This document shows positions 18,698-28,423 of a stretch of 64,000 nt of DNA, in pieces. Every line of letters starts with the position of its first letter. The stretch's first letter is position 1. The position numbers and the translations under genes are program-made. The notes beneath the pieces are model-generated. The model was not told where the DNA came from. It ran no database searches and saw nothing but the letters and a program-made list of their open reading frames with translations. The DNA is taken from contig CAZXNT010000004.1 of NCBI GenBank assembly GCA_964642155.1, positions 2,040-66,039 on the forward strand. The letters run 5' to 3'. Source of the DNA: an uncultured Candidatus Saccharibacteria bacterium. Its GTDB lineage: Bacteria > Patescibacteriota > Minisyncoccia > UBA6257 > UBA9933.

Positions 18698-18750
18698 CTC
18701 TAATTCGCGCGAATAGGCGAATAGATGAAAATGACTAACTACTCAACAAA
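18698..18750 (+). repeat. Repeat family B, copy 4
   Basis: 53-bp near-identical match to 11127-11179 (two mismatches). Confidence 0.9.
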
Positions 18751-18785
18751 CCCCAGTAGTAGAACGCAAGGCGTTCACTACGGGG
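18751..18785. repeat. CCCC...CGGGG-bounded imperfect hairpin element
   Basis: CCCCAGTAGTAGAACGC-AAG-GCGTTCACTACGGGG. Confidence 0.65.
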
Positions 18786-18812
18786 CGAGAAAATTAGGCG
18801 ATAAATTAGGTT

Positions 18813-18856
18813 ATAAACTCATTGTACAATTCCATAGAATTGTACAATGAGTTTAT
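18813..18856. repeat. Palindrome family A, copy 3 (20-bp stem)
   Basis: ATAAACTCATTGTACAATTC-CATA-GAATTGTACAATGAGTTTAT. Confidence 0.9.
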
Positions 18857-18917
18857 CCTGTCTGTTAAATTACACACCGCTTGCTATGGGGTAGGTAAAC
18901 TACGAGGCAGGCAAATT

Positions 18918-18990
18918 TATGAGAAAGTTAAATCAGGTAAAATTTGAGAAAATCGTGGGAGAGGGAATAAAAGCAATCCCGGAGTGGTAA
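18918..18990 (+). pseudogene. Possible truncated N-terminus of a zincin-like metallopeptidase
   Basis: MRKLNQVKFEKIVGEGIKAIPEW* resembles the FE.LV..GI..IPE start of that family (from recall, not a search). Confidence 0.35.
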
Positions 18991-18993
18991 AAG

Positions 18994-19002
18994 TTATCCA
19001 CA
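18994..19002 (+). promoter_or_regulatory. Single consensus DnaA box
   Basis: TTATCCACA just upstream of a TGGTATAAT extended -10 at 19021. Confidence 0.4.
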
Positions 19003-19036
19003 GGGATATTCGGCAATTTATGGTATAATTTAATTA

Positions 19037-19312
19037 ATGAGTAAAAACTTAAAAATTATAATAATTTTAGCAATAATCATTATTTTATCTCTAACCGGAT
19101 TTTTCGTTTGGAAGAAATTTTATCAAAAATCGCAAACCGAAAAAACAATAGAAAAAGCGGGCGAGGCCGCGGAAATTATCACCGAGAGCGCCACTCAGGG
19201 GGTTTTGCCTTTAATAAATTCCACGGCTAATCCTTATGAAAATGTTTCGGAAACCAATCCGGTTGAGAAGGCCAATCCCTTTAAAAATATAAAAACTAAC
19301 CCATTTGAGTAA
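19037..19312 (+). CDS. Small membrane-anchored hypothetical protein (NPF/NPY repeats)
   Basis: N-terminal TM helix; C-terminal NPY/NPV/NPF/NPF. Confidence 0.7.
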   Translation: MSKNLKIIIILAIIIILSLTGFFVWKKFYQKSQTEKTIEKAGEAAEIITESATQGVLPLINSTANPYENVSETNPVEKANPFKNIKTNPFE

Positions 19313-19319
19313 AAATAAT

Positions 19320-20978
19320 ATGAAAAATAAAAAACAATCTTTATTTTTATCGCTGGTGATTTTAATTTTTGGATTATCGGTGTCCGGCAGCATAATTTTT
19401 GCGCAAAATGATTTATCGGATAATAATATCCAATATCCGATAGTCGAGCTTGGCAGTTGTGAAAATAAAAATGATTGTAAAAAATATTGCGATAATTCGC
19501 AGAATTTTGACGCGTGCATCACTTTTGCCGAAAAAAATAATTTAATGCCGAAAGGAGAAATTGAAATCGCCAAAAAATTTATGGCAGGTGGCGTTAAAGG
19601 TCCGGGCGGGTGCGGGAATAAAAATGAATGCGAAACGTATTGCGACAATATTGATAAAATAAACGAATGTGTTTCTTTTGCCGAGAAAAATAATATTTTA
19701 CCGCCGAAAGAATTAGAAGAAGCCAAAAAAATAAAAGCGGCCATAGAAAAGGGAATTAAACCGCCGGCGTGCGGAAGCAAAAAGTCCTGCGATGTTTATT
19801 GCAGCCAATCCGAACATATGGAGGAATGTATTAGCTTTGCCGAAGTCGCCGGATTCATTCCGCCGAAAGAATTAGATGAAGCCAAAAAAGTTTTAGCAGC
19901 CGTTAAAAAAGGCATTAAGCCGCCGGCTTGCCGTGGAAAAGAGGAATGCGATATTTATTGTTCCGAAGAAAGTCATTTTGACGAGTGTATAGTTTTTGCC
20001 GAAGCTGCCGGTTTTATGCGGCCTGAAGAAGTGGAAATGGCGCGTAAAACAAAAGGCAAGGGTCCGGGTGGATGCAGAGGCAGAGAGGAATGCGACGCTT
20101 TTTGTCAAAGTGAATCAAATATGGAAATTTGCGCCAACTTTGCTTTGGAACACGGCTTAATGAAGCCGGAAGAAGTGAAAATGATGAGAAAGACCGGCGG
20201 TAAAAGTCCGGGTAATTGTAGAGGCAAAGAAAAATGCGAAAATTTTTGTAATAATTCAGATAATCAGGAAACTTGTTTTAATTTCGCCAAAGAACATAAT
20301 TTGATTCCTCAGGGAGAAATGGAAAAAATGAAGGAAGGAATGGGACAAATGAAAGAAAATTTTCGGATGGCGTCGCCGGAAATAAGCGAGTGTCTTAAAT
20401 CAAACGTTGGCGAAGAAGTTTTAAATAAAATACAAAGCGGGACATTTGCGCCACCGCGCGAACTTGGCGAAAAAATGAAAAATTGTTTTGAGAATTTCGC
20501 GCCTCAACGTCTTGATATTCCTCAACAACGTCTCGAGATGCCTTCTTTTGAGGGCGAGGGACAAAATTTTGAGAAAAGATTTGAAGGAACAATAGAAGAA
20601 TTAAAGAGAATGCCTCCTGCGGAAATGTTGTCACCGAATGGATTTATACCGTCTGATTATCGCCCAGAAGGCGCAATAGAGGGCAGAATGCCTCTTAATG
20701 AGTATATGAAACCGCCCGAAGGGGGAGGGTATATTCCGCAAATGTTTAAGCAGAACGAAGAAACGCGTCAATTTCAGCAATATCCATTGCAATATCAGCA
20801 AATGATGCCGCCATCTCAAGAAATACGGCAAATGATTCCGCCGCAAGAAATACAACAGATGCCGTTTCAACAAGTTCCGCAGAATATGCAGCAAACTCCG
20901 CCACTTCCTTCATCAATGAATAATCAAAAGCCGTTTGCTCAAATTCTTTATTTCTTTACCCGCTTATTAGGAAGATAA
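19320..20978 (+). CDS. Secreted cysteine-rich repeat protein with Q/P/M-rich tail
   Basis: Signal peptide; six C-x5-C-x3-C-x8-C repeats. Confidence 0.8.
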   Translation: MKNKKQSLFLSLVILIFGLSVSGSIIFAQNDLSDNNIQYPIVELGSCENKNDCKKYCDNSQNFDACITFAEKNNLMPKGEIEIAKKFMAGGVKGPGGCGNKNECETYCDNIDKINECVSFAEKNNILPPKELEEAKKIKAAIEKGIKPPACGSKKSCDVYCSQSEHMEECISFAEVAGFIPPKELDEAKKVLAAVKKGIKPPACRGKEECDIYCSEESHFDECIVFAEAAGFMRPEEVEMARKTKGKGPGGCRGREECDAFCQSESNMEICANFALEHGLMKPEEVKMMRKTGGKSPGNCRGKEKCENFCNNSDNQETCFNFAKEHNLIPQGEMEKMKEGMGQMKENFRMASPEISECLKSNVGEEVLNKIQSGTFAPPRELGEKMKNCFENFAPQRLDIPQQRLEMPSFEGEGQNFEKRFEGTIEELKRMPPAEMLSPNGFIPSDYRPEGAIEGRMPLNEYMKPPEGGGYIPQMFKQNEETRQFQQYPLQYQQMMPPSQEIRQMIPPQEIQQMPFQQVPQNMQQTPPLPSSMNNQKPFAQILYFFTRLLGR

Positions 20979-21135
20979 TAAAACTTAAATCGGAGAAAAA
21001 ATCAGGGAAAATCGCTTGCCACGAGTTCTATACCCAAACAACATTCTTACAAACTTGAAAATGTTTAAATTAAGATATTTTTTTGGTAAAATTTAAAAAA
21101 GGTCGAAATTAATACAAAATTAATATTAAAAAAAT

Positions 21136-21390
21136 ATGATCAACACTAAGCATTTACTAAAAGTATCGTCAGCGTGGGTAAGTATTGTTTATATTATTTG
21201 TTATGTTGGGGTGGCGATTTATCCGCCAGTTCGGAATTTATTTATGAAATACGCGTTGCACGCAAATGTTTCCTTTCAATCTGATTTTTTAAGTTTCGGA
21301 TATTTTATTTTCGGATTGATTATTTGGAATATTGTTGCGATTGTCGGTATTTGGCTTTTTGCGGTTTTGTTTAATAGGATAAGGCAATAG
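21136..21390 (+). CDS. Small two-TM protein (DUF5676-like)
   Basis: Two hydrophobic helices, YIIC motif. Confidence 0.6.
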   Translation: MINTKHLLKVSSAWVSIVYIICYVGVAIYPPVRNLFMKYALHANVSFQSDFLSFGYFIFGLIIWNIVAIVGIWLFAVLFNRIRQ

Positions 21391-21392
21391 AA

Positions 21393-21431
21393 ATAAAAAA
21401 GGGTTAGCATCGCGCTAAACCCTTTTATTTT
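21393..21431 (+). terminator. Terminator hairpin
   Basis: ATAAAAAAGGGTTAGC-ATCGC-GCTAAACCCTTTTATTTT. Confidence 0.65.
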
Positions 21432-21474
21432 ATAAGAGGTTTTGGGAAAATTTAATTTGTGATATAATAAAATC

Positions 21475-21813
21475 ATGAATAATTTCGAAAAAAATATAAT
21501 TGAAAATATAAATATAGGCGATATTGTCAGACAAGTGGCTATAGATAGAATTTGGCTCATTCGCGAATTAAATGAAAGAATGGAGGAAGAAATTAATAAA
21601 AATAAAGATGCTGACAAAGATGTTATTTTTGAGAAAATTAAAAGAGCATTTGCTGCGAATTTAAAATTCGCGGTTGAAAAAAAGATAATAGAAAGTGAGG
21701 GCGTTGACGAGAATGAAAAAGATTCTATTTTAAAATTTCGCGAAAAATATCCGCTTGAAGAAATAGAAAAGGAAATTTACGATAAAGCGGAAGAATTTTT
21801 AAAACCTTTATAA
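21475..21813 (+). CDS. Hypothetical protein
   Basis: 112-aa charged ORF with TATAAT upstream. Confidence 0.55.
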   Translation: MNNFEKNIIENINIGDIVRQVAIDRIWLIRELNERMEEEINKNKDADKDVIFEKIKRAFAANLKFAVEKKIIESEGVDENEKDSILKFREKYPLEEIEKEIYDKAEEFLKPL

Positions 21814-21820
21814 AATTTAT

Positions 21821-22507
21821 ATGGATATTAAACAAACAGTTGATAATAATTGGCCACGCGCTTTGCGCGTTACTGCCACAGTTTTCGTTCTTTTTATTTT
21901 ACAGCATTATTTCCGCCGCTTCGGACAGCCGATTGAAAAAATATATTTCACCGTTCTTTTCGCTTCCATTGCTCTTACGGGTTTAACAATGATTACCACA
22001 AGTTATCTTATAGGTCCGTTGGCGCGGCTTTGGCCCGCGAAATGGGAAAGATATCGCGATATGCGGAAACAATTCGGTTTGATAGGGTTAGCGTTTGTCG
22101 TATTCCATATATTTATGGCGCTTGTTGTTTTAACGCCGGTTTATTTCCAAAAATTTTTTTTAGAAACCGGCAGATTATCAAATTTGGGGCAAATTTCCGT
22201 ATTAACGGGAATTTTGGGATTTGTTATTTTTATGATTGTGGCGATAACTTCGCTTCCGTCAGTGGCGGGAAAAATGACGGAACGCGGTTGGTTTTTTATT
22301 CAGCGTTTAGGATTAATCGCGATAATATTTTCTGTTCTTCATTTTATTGTATTCAAATGGCGAGGTTGGTTTAATTGGGATAATTGGAATAATAATATTC
22401 CTCCCGGCACGTTTGTTGTGACGGTTTTTATTATATTGGTGTTTTTAATCCGCGCTGTCGCGTATATTTCAGAACGAAAGAGAAGAGAAGAGGATAGTAT
22501 GGGATAA
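21821..22507 (+). CDS. Ferric reductase-like transmembrane protein (MsrQ/STEAP-like)
   Basis: RKQFGL...FH, AITSLPSV, W..IQRLG...LH heme-ligand pattern. Confidence 0.8.
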   Translation: MDIKQTVDNNWPRALRVTATVFVLFILQHYFRRFGQPIEKIYFTVLFASIALTGLTMITTSYLIGPLARLWPAKWERYRDMRKQFGLIGLAFVVFHIFMALVVLTPVYFQKFFLETGRLSNLGQISVLTGILGFVIFMIVAITSLPSVAGKMTERGWFFIQRLGLIAIIFSVLHFIVFKWRGWFNWDNWNNNIPPGTFVVTVFIILVFLIRAVAYISERKRREEDSMG

Positions 22508-22543
22508 TTGCTCTTTAATTATAATTATGGTAAGATATGCGTA

Positions 22544-22945
22544 ATGAAATTGGCTGGGAAATTGAAAATTGGCTTGGATAAAAAGTTTCAAAAGGTGCTA
22601 AAAACGCCCGCGAGCTTTGATTTTTTCGTGGCAGTCCACGATTTTATTGAATATATTGAATCTCATTCTTCTCTTTTGGATAATCTTTCATCCCGCACAA
22701 AACTCAACAGGGAATTGAATATTCCCAAGAAATACGGCTATTTAAAACAAATTTATCAAGGATTGGAAGATGCCGACAGTAAATCCAATGTTGATTTGGG
22801 GCATACGAGGTATACGGTGATTTTGGAATTAAATAAAATCAAAAATAAAGATGTTTCGGAAAGCAATTCGTTTTGGAAAAAGCGCGAATTAATCAGAAGG
22901 CTTGCGGGAGAAATTTATAATAGATTAAATCCGGATTCCATATAA
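22544..22945 (+). CDS. Hypothetical protein
   Basis: ORF; ATG at 22544 preferred. Confidence 0.6.
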   Translation: MKLAGKLKIGLDKKFQKVLKTPASFDFFVAVHDFIEYIESHSSLLDNLSSRTKLNRELNIPKKYGYLKQIYQGLEDADSKSNVDLGHTRYTVILELNKIKNKDVSESNSFWKKRELIRRLAGEIYNRLNPDSI

Positions 22946-22973
22946 TAAATCCTTCGACTTTACTCATGGTAAA

Positions 22974-23008
22974 TAAAAATACCCCCGCTAAGTAGGGGTA
23001 TTTTTATT
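22974..23008. terminator. Bidirectional terminator between convergent genes
   Basis: TAAAAATACCCC-CGCTAAGTA-GGGGTATTTTTA. Confidence 0.7.
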
Positions 23009-23015
23009 TCGGCGT

Positions 23016-23216
23016 TTAAGCGCGCGATACGTTTTTAGCGCTCGGGCCCTTGTCGCCTTCAACGACTTCAAAGGTAACGGCATCGCCAACTTTGAGTTCT
23101 TCAAATGTCACTCCGTTTAATTCGTTAACATGAAAGAAAAGATCTTTTGCTTCGCCTTCGCGGGCGATAAATCCAAATCCTCTGTCTTCTCTGAGTGTTT
23201 TTATAGTTCCGTTCAT
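23016..23216 (-). CDS. Cold-shock domain protein
   Basis: RGFGFI (RNP1), DLFFH (RNP2), KGPSAKNV. Confidence 0.93.
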   Translation of the reverse strand: MNGTIKTLREDRGFGFIAREGEAKDLFFHVNELNGVTFEELKVGDAVTFEVVEGDKGPSAKNVSRA

Positions 23217-23322
23217 AGTGTTTATTTTTTTATCCAGAAATTCGACTATATTTCTTATGCTTAAATAGCATTGGGTAATTATATATTAAATAATATGATT
23301 TTGTCAAATGAGATGGAATGCA

Positions 23323-24033
23323 TCAGCCCAATTTTCTAAAAAATTCTTTCAGTTCCTCTCCTTGGATTTCCTTGTATTGGCCGGGCTTTAAATCGTCGAG
23401 TTTTATATTCATAATTCGTATTCTTTCCAAATCCAAAACATTATATCTAAACACTTCGCACATTCGCCTAATCTGCCGTTTTTTACCTTCGGTTAAGATA
23501 ATCCGGAAAGATTTTTTTCCGGTTTGTTCGGCAAAACATTTTTTTGTGTAAAAATCTTCAAGTCGCATGCCCGAGCTTATGCGTTTTATAAAATTCGGCG
23601 ACAGGGGGCGGTCAACTTCCACAAGATATTCTTTTTCATGTTCGTATTTCGGATTAAGCAGTTTGTCCGTGATGCGGCCGTCGTTGGTTAAAATCATCAA
23701 TCCGTAAGAATCCTTATCTAGCCGTCCAAGCGGAAAAAGACGAGTTTTGAATTTCAAGGTTCCTTTTATGTCTTTTTGCCCTTTTGTTGAGGCGTGAGTT
23801 TCTATGCCGATTGGTTTGTTATACGCCAAATAAACGCGCTGTTTTTGCGAATTTTTGGCTTGGGCTCTTAATTTAACTTCGTCTTTTTCATAAACCTTGT
23901 CGCCGAGCTTAGCAATTTTGCCGTTAATTTTAATTTGTTTTTGCTTTATAAAATTGTCGGCTTGCCGGCGGCTACAATAATTTTTCAGCGCCAGATAGCG
24001 ATTGATTCTTATGGGATAAATAATTTCCGTCAT
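23323..24033 (-). CDS. rRNA pseudouridine synthase (RsuA/RluB/RluF family)
   Basis: S4 domain (SRRQAD), GRLDKDSYGL and EGKKRQIRRM motifs. Confidence 0.92.
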   Translation of the reverse strand: MTEIIYPIRINRYLALKNYCSRRQADNFIKQKQIKINGKIAKLGDKVYEKDEVKLRAQAKNSQKQRVYLAYNKPIGIETHASTKGQKDIKGTLKFKTRLFPLGRLDKDSYGLMILTNDGRITDKLLNPKYEHEKEYLVEVDRPLSPNFIKRISSGMRLEDFYTKKCFAEQTGKKSFRIILTEGKKRQIRRMCEVFRYNVLDLERIRIMNIKLDDLKPGQYKEIQGEELKEFFRKLG

Positions 24034-24073
24034 ATATGGATTTTACCATATTTTGGATGTATAATTCATCTTT

Positions 24074-24829
24074 ATGCCCGAATATTACAATTCTAAAAGA
24101 ACAAAAGGCCTTTACGAGCCGGATTCAAGCGAGCCGTTCAAATTAAGCCGTTCCAAATTGGAAATGTTTTTGGAATGTCCGCGGTGTTTTTATTTGGACC
24201 GCCGTTTGGGCGTGGGACGGCCACCCGGATATCCTTTTAGTCTAAACAACGCGGTGGACACTTTATTAAAAAAAGAATTTGACATTCATCGGGCGAAAAA
24301 TCAAAAACATCCGTTAATTGAAAAATACGGAGTGGACGCCGTTCCGGTTGCTCATAAAAATCTTGATTTATGGCGGCATAATTTCACCGGCGTACAATAT
24401 CTTTATGAGCCGACCAATTTATTGATTACCGGCGCGATTGACGATTTGTGGCAGAATTCAAAAGGAGAATATATTGTTGTTGATTATAAGGCGACGAGCA
24501 AAAATGAAAAAATAGAAGCATTGGACAAGGCGTGGCAGGACGGTTATAAAAGGCAGATGGAAATTTATCAGTGGCTTTTGCGTAAAAACGGATTTAAAGT
24601 TTCCGACACCGGATATTTTGTTTATTGCAACGGCATCACGGACAAAAAAGCGTTTGACGCTAAACTTGAATTTGAAATTACGCTTATTGCTTATAAAGGT
24701 GACGACTCGTGGGTGGAGAATGTTATTTTGGAGGCGCATAAATGTTTGAACGGCGATAAAATTCCCGAAGCCGGCGATAGTTGCGACTATTGTTCTTATA
24801 TTACGGCGGTGAATGGTGAGATGAAATAA
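24074..24829 (+). CDS. PD-(D/E)XK nuclease, Cas4/AddB-like (solo)
   Basis: ECPRCF, GAIDD, VVDYK, QMEIY and C-terminal CDYC. Confidence 0.85.
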   Translation: MPEYYNSKRTKGLYEPDSSEPFKLSRSKLEMFLECPRCFYLDRRLGVGRPPGYPFSLNNAVDTLLKKEFDIHRAKNQKHPLIEKYGVDAVPVAHKNLDLWRHNFTGVQYLYEPTNLLITGAIDDLWQNSKGEYIVVDYKATSKNEKIEALDKAWQDGYKRQMEIYQWLLRKNGFKVSDTGYFVYCNGITDKKAFDAKLEFEITLIAYKGDDSWVENVILEAHKCLNGDKIPEAGDSCDYCSYITAVNGEMK

Positions 24830-24846
24830 TATGATACAATAAATTT

Positions 24847-25263
24847 ATGAATTGGATTGTTTATGCTTTATTATCGGCTGTTTTCGCGGCGTTGGTTGCC
24901 GTGTTCGGCAAGATTGGGTTGAAGGGATTGGATTCAACGCTTGCCACCACCATCCGTTCAATCGTAATGGCGGTTTTTCTCGTGGCAGTTTCTTTTTCAC
25001 TCGGTAAATTTGCTTTTCTCGGCGCTTTTACCAGCAAGGCGGTTATTTTTATTATTCTTTCCGGAATCGCCGGCGCCCTTTCGTGGCTTTTTTATTTTTT
25101 TGCTATTAAATTAGGAACCGTTTCCGGCGTTGTGGCGATTGACAGAACGAGCGTCATATTCGCGTTTATTCTGGCAATGTTGTTTTTGGGCGAAGTTTTT
25201 ACTTGGCAAAAAGCTATCGGCGCGACGCTAGTGGCAATCGGCGCGATTTTAATGGCATTATAA
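24847..25263 (+). CDS. EamA family transporter
   Basis: ALLSAVFAALVAVFGKIGL, ATTIRS, LSWLFYF and V..IDR motifs. Confidence 0.85.
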   Translation: MNWIVYALLSAVFAALVAVFGKIGLKGLDSTLATTIRSIVMAVFLVAVSFSLGKFAFLGAFTSKAVIFIILSGIAGALSWLFYFFAIKLGTVSGVVAIDRTSVIFAFILAMLFLGEVFTWQKAIGATLVAIGAILMAL

Positions 25264-25291
25264 GATTTAGGATTTATGATTTAGGATTTAA
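25262..25291. repeat. Heptamer tandem repeat (GATTTAG-type)
   Basis: AAGATTTAGGATTTATGATTTAGGATTTAA; a similar run lies inside topA at 62679-62712. Confidence 0.7.
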
Positions 25292-25296
25292 AAATT

Positions 25297-27942
25297 ATGA
25301 CTAACTGGCATACAAAAACTCCAACCGAAATATTTGAAATTTTAAGAACCAACGAACGAGGTTTAAATAAAGAAGAAGTTGGTTCACGGCTGAAAGAATA
25401 CGGATTAAATAAACTGCCGGAAGCGAAAATTGACAATCCGGCGATTATTTTCCTGCGTCAATTTCAAAGTCCGCTGATTTACATTCTTTTTGCCGCCAGT
25501 TTGGCAATTTTTTATTTGAAAGATTTTATTGATGGTTTGATTATTTTAGCAGTGCTTCTTTTCAACGCTATTGTCGGCGCTTTACAGGAAGGAAAGGCGC
25601 AAAATACGCTTTTGGCGCTTAAAAATTTTATTAAAACCGATGCTGAAGTTTTAAGGGACGGCAAGGAAATTATTGTTCCGGACAGTGAATTGGTTCCCGG
25701 AGACATTATTCTCTTGCAGGAAGGGGAAAAAATACCGGCTGACGCCAGAGTTCTGGTTTCTAATAATCTTAAAATAGACCAGGCGTCTTTAACAGGAGAA
25801 TCAATTCCAGTTTATAAAACGCCGGAAGAACTTCATCGTGGAGATTTGGTCGTCATTGACCAAAAAAACATAGTTTTTAAAGGCACTTATATCGCGGCCG
25901 GGAACGGACAAGCGGTTGTTGTTGCCACTGGTTTAGATACCACCATTGGGAAAATCAGTCAGAAAATCGCGCTTATTGATACGGAAATACCGCTTAAAAA
26001 AGATATCCGCCAGCTTTCGCGGTTGATAATTATAGTGGTTGCCATTATTGGAATTATTTTGTTTTTCAGCGGAATTTTTTCCGGAAAATCTTTAATTGAA
26101 ATGTTTAAAGTTGTTGTCGCGATTTCGGTTTCTATTATTCCCGAAGGCTTGCCGATTGTCATTACGCTTGTTTTAGCCACCGGCGTTTGGCGTATGGCAA
26201 AACAAAACGCCTTAGTTAAAAAACTTCAGGCAGTTGAGGCCTTGGGTCAGGTAAAAATAATCGCGGTTGATAAAACAGGAACTATTACAAAAAACGAATT
26301 AGTTGTCCAAAAAGTTTTTACAAATGGCAAAATATTTGAAGTCAGGGGAGTCGGTTACGAACCAAAAGGTGAAATTTATTTTGAAAATCAATTGATTTCT
26401 CCGCCGGATTTTGAAGATTTAATTTTCTCCGGGAAAATCGCTTCTTTTTGCGCCAACGCGCGAGTTTTTTATTCCGAAGAAAATAAAAATTACAAAGTAA
26501 TTGGTGATCCGACCGAAGCCGCTCTTTTGGTTTTTAGCCAAAAAATAGGTTTCCAGAAAGAAATTATTGACGCGCAACATTCATTAATTAAAGAAATTCC
26601 TTTTGATTACAAAAATAAATATCACGCGGCAATCAGAAAAGTTGATGATAATAATTTTTTGACCGTTGTCGGAGCACCTGAATCGGTTATTCCGTTTTGC
26701 GGGCTTTCTAAAAAAGAAAATGAAGAATTGGAGTCTGTCTTGAATAAGATGCTGGAACAAGGATTACGGGTTTTGGCGTTCGCTTATAATCGCAGAGTTT
26801 CCGAAGATGTTGATTCCGAAAAAATGCCCAAACTTTCTTTTGGCGGTTTTTTTGGGATAAAAGACGGTTTGCGGCCGGAAGCCAAAGAGGCGATAAAAAG
26901 AGTCAAAGATGCCGGAATTAGAGTGATAATGATAACCGGCGACAATAAAATAACGGCGAGGGCTCTTGCCAAAGAAGCTGGAATTTATGCGGAAGGCGAT
27001 GGAATTTTAACGGACAAAGATTTAGACGCGCTTTCCGAAGAAGAATTGGCGAAAAAACTTCCGGAAATTTCCGTTTTTGCCCGCGTAACTCCGGAACACA
27101 AATTAAAAATTATTGAAGCCTATAAAAAAAGAAAAGAAATAATCGCGATGACCGGAGACGGCGTCAATGACGCGCCATCGCTCGTTGCCGCCGATTTAGG
27201 AATCGGGATGGGTAAAATCGGCACAGAAGTGGCGAAAGAAGTGGCGGACATCGTGCTTTTGGACGATAATTTTGAAACAATTGTTTCCGCGATTGAAGAG
27301 GGGAGAAGTATATATAAAACGATTAAAAAAGCCATTTTATATCTTTTTTCAACAAGTTTGGGCGAGGTTTTAACTATTAGCATCGCTCTTTTTTCCGGCT
27401 ATCCTTTGCCGCTTTTAGCCGGTCAAATTATTTGGTTGAATTTTGTCACCGATGGTTTTTTAACCGTAGCTTTGGCAATGGAACCGAAAGAAAAAGGATT
27501 GCTTAGAAAAAATTGGAAAAAGAAAGGGAAATATATGGTTGATATGCTGATGGCTCAAAGAATGTTTGTGATGGCGTTACCAATGAGCATCGGCGCGTTT
27601 TTTGTTTTTCAAAAATATCTTGATTTTGATTTAATAAAAGCAATGACTATGTCTTTAACCACTCTGGCGATTTTTCAATGGCTGAACGCTTGGAATTGCC
27701 GTTCGGAAGACAAATCAATTTTTAGAATGAATATTTTTTCCAATAAATGGCTGATGGGAGCCACATTTATCGTTGTTTCGCTCCAGCTTCTGGCGGTTTA
27801 CAATCCGATAATGCAAAAAATTTTACACACCGTTCCCTTGGATATTTCTGATTGGTTATTCGCGCTCGGCATTGCTTCTTCCATTATTGTAATAGAAGAA
27901 ATAAGAAAATTAATTTACAATAAACTAAGTTTTAATGTTTAA
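25297..27942 (+). CDS. Cation-transporting P-type ATPase (P-IIA, Ca2+-type)
   Basis: TGES, IPEGL, DKTGT, TGDN and GDGVNDAP motifs. Confidence 0.95.
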   Translation: MTNWHTKTPTEIFEILRTNERGLNKEEVGSRLKEYGLNKLPEAKIDNPAIIFLRQFQSPLIYILFAASLAIFYLKDFIDGLIILAVLLFNAIVGALQEGKAQNTLLALKNFIKTDAEVLRDGKEIIVPDSELVPGDIILLQEGEKIPADARVLVSNNLKIDQASLTGESIPVYKTPEELHRGDLVVIDQKNIVFKGTYIAAGNGQAVVVATGLDTTIGKISQKIALIDTEIPLKKDIRQLSRLIIIVVAIIGIILFFSGIFSGKSLIEMFKVVVAISVSIIPEGLPIVITLVLATGVWRMAKQNALVKKLQAVEALGQVKIIAVDKTGTITKNELVVQKVFTNGKIFEVRGVGYEPKGEIYFENQLISPPDFEDLIFSGKIASFCANARVFYSEENKNYKVIGDPTEAALLVFSQKIGFQKEIIDAQHSLIKEIPFDYKNKYHAAIRKVDDNNFLTVVGAPESVIPFCGLSKKENEELESVLNKMLEQGLRVLAFAYNRRVSEDVDSEKMPKLSFGGFFGIKDGLRPEAKEAIKRVKDAGIRVIMITGDNKITARALAKEAGIYAEGDGILTDKDLDALSEEELAKKLPEISVFARVTPEHKLKIIEAYKKRKEIIAMTGDGVNDAPSLVAADLGIGMGKIGTEVAKEVADIVLLDDNFETIVSAIEEGRSIYKTIKKAILYLFSTSLGEVLTISIALFSGYPLPLLAGQIIWLNFVTDGFLTVALAMEPKEKGLLRKNWKKKGKYMVDMLMAQRMFVMALPMSIGAFFVFQKYLDFDLIKAMTMSLTTLAIFQWLNAWNCRSEDKSIFRMNIFSNKWLMGATFIVVSLQLLAVYNPIMQKILHTVPLDISDWLFALGIASSIIVIEEIRKLIYNKLSFNV

Positions 27943-28019
27943 ACAAAAATATTGACAGAATTATTAATTTGTGTATTATTAAAATAGTTTTTAAAAAATA
28001 ATAAAAGGGGGGCAAAATT

Positions 28020-28331
28020 ATGTTTGGAGAATCAGCATTAGATAGAATATATCGGGTTAATAACATTGTTTTTCGGGTTTTAGATATTGAGCCATATCCT
28101 AGAAATAAGGTCAGTAAGCAATATTTAGAAATCTTTAATTTTCCAGCGGGTGTGCTTATAGCAGTTCTTTACCGTGGGATACTTATTCCCAATATTACGT
28201 TTACAGGTGGCGTAGTGCGGCTTATGAAAGTCAAAATTATTAATGGCGATGTTTATAATAATCCCAAAGCCATTAGTGAGGTCTTGGGCGTGGAAAAGGC
28301 GATGTGTTCATACGACCTTATAAGATACTAA
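28020..28331 (+). CDS. Hypothetical protein
   Basis: ORF with upstream TTGACA/TATTAT promoter and G-rich RBS. Confidence 0.45.
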   Translation: MFGESALDRIYRVNNIVFRVLDIEPYPRNKVSKQYLEIFNFPAGVLIAVLYRGILIPNITFTGGVVRLMKVKIINGDVYNNPKAISEVLGVEKAMCSYDLIRY

Positions 28332-28423
28332 ATTAACAAAGTAATATGGTTGTACTAGGGGCGCTTGTATTCACAGGAGCCTCTTTTATTTTTTTTAAGC
28401 GTAAAAAATGATAAGATTAAATT

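Noticed and set aside
18994-19002. DnaA box as oriC
   Set aside because: Only a single box, with no cluster and no dnaA/dnaN nearby.
24074-24829. Cas4-like nuclease as part of a CRISPR-Cas system
   Set aside because: It is a solo gene among housekeeping genes, with no cas1/cas2 or array nearby.
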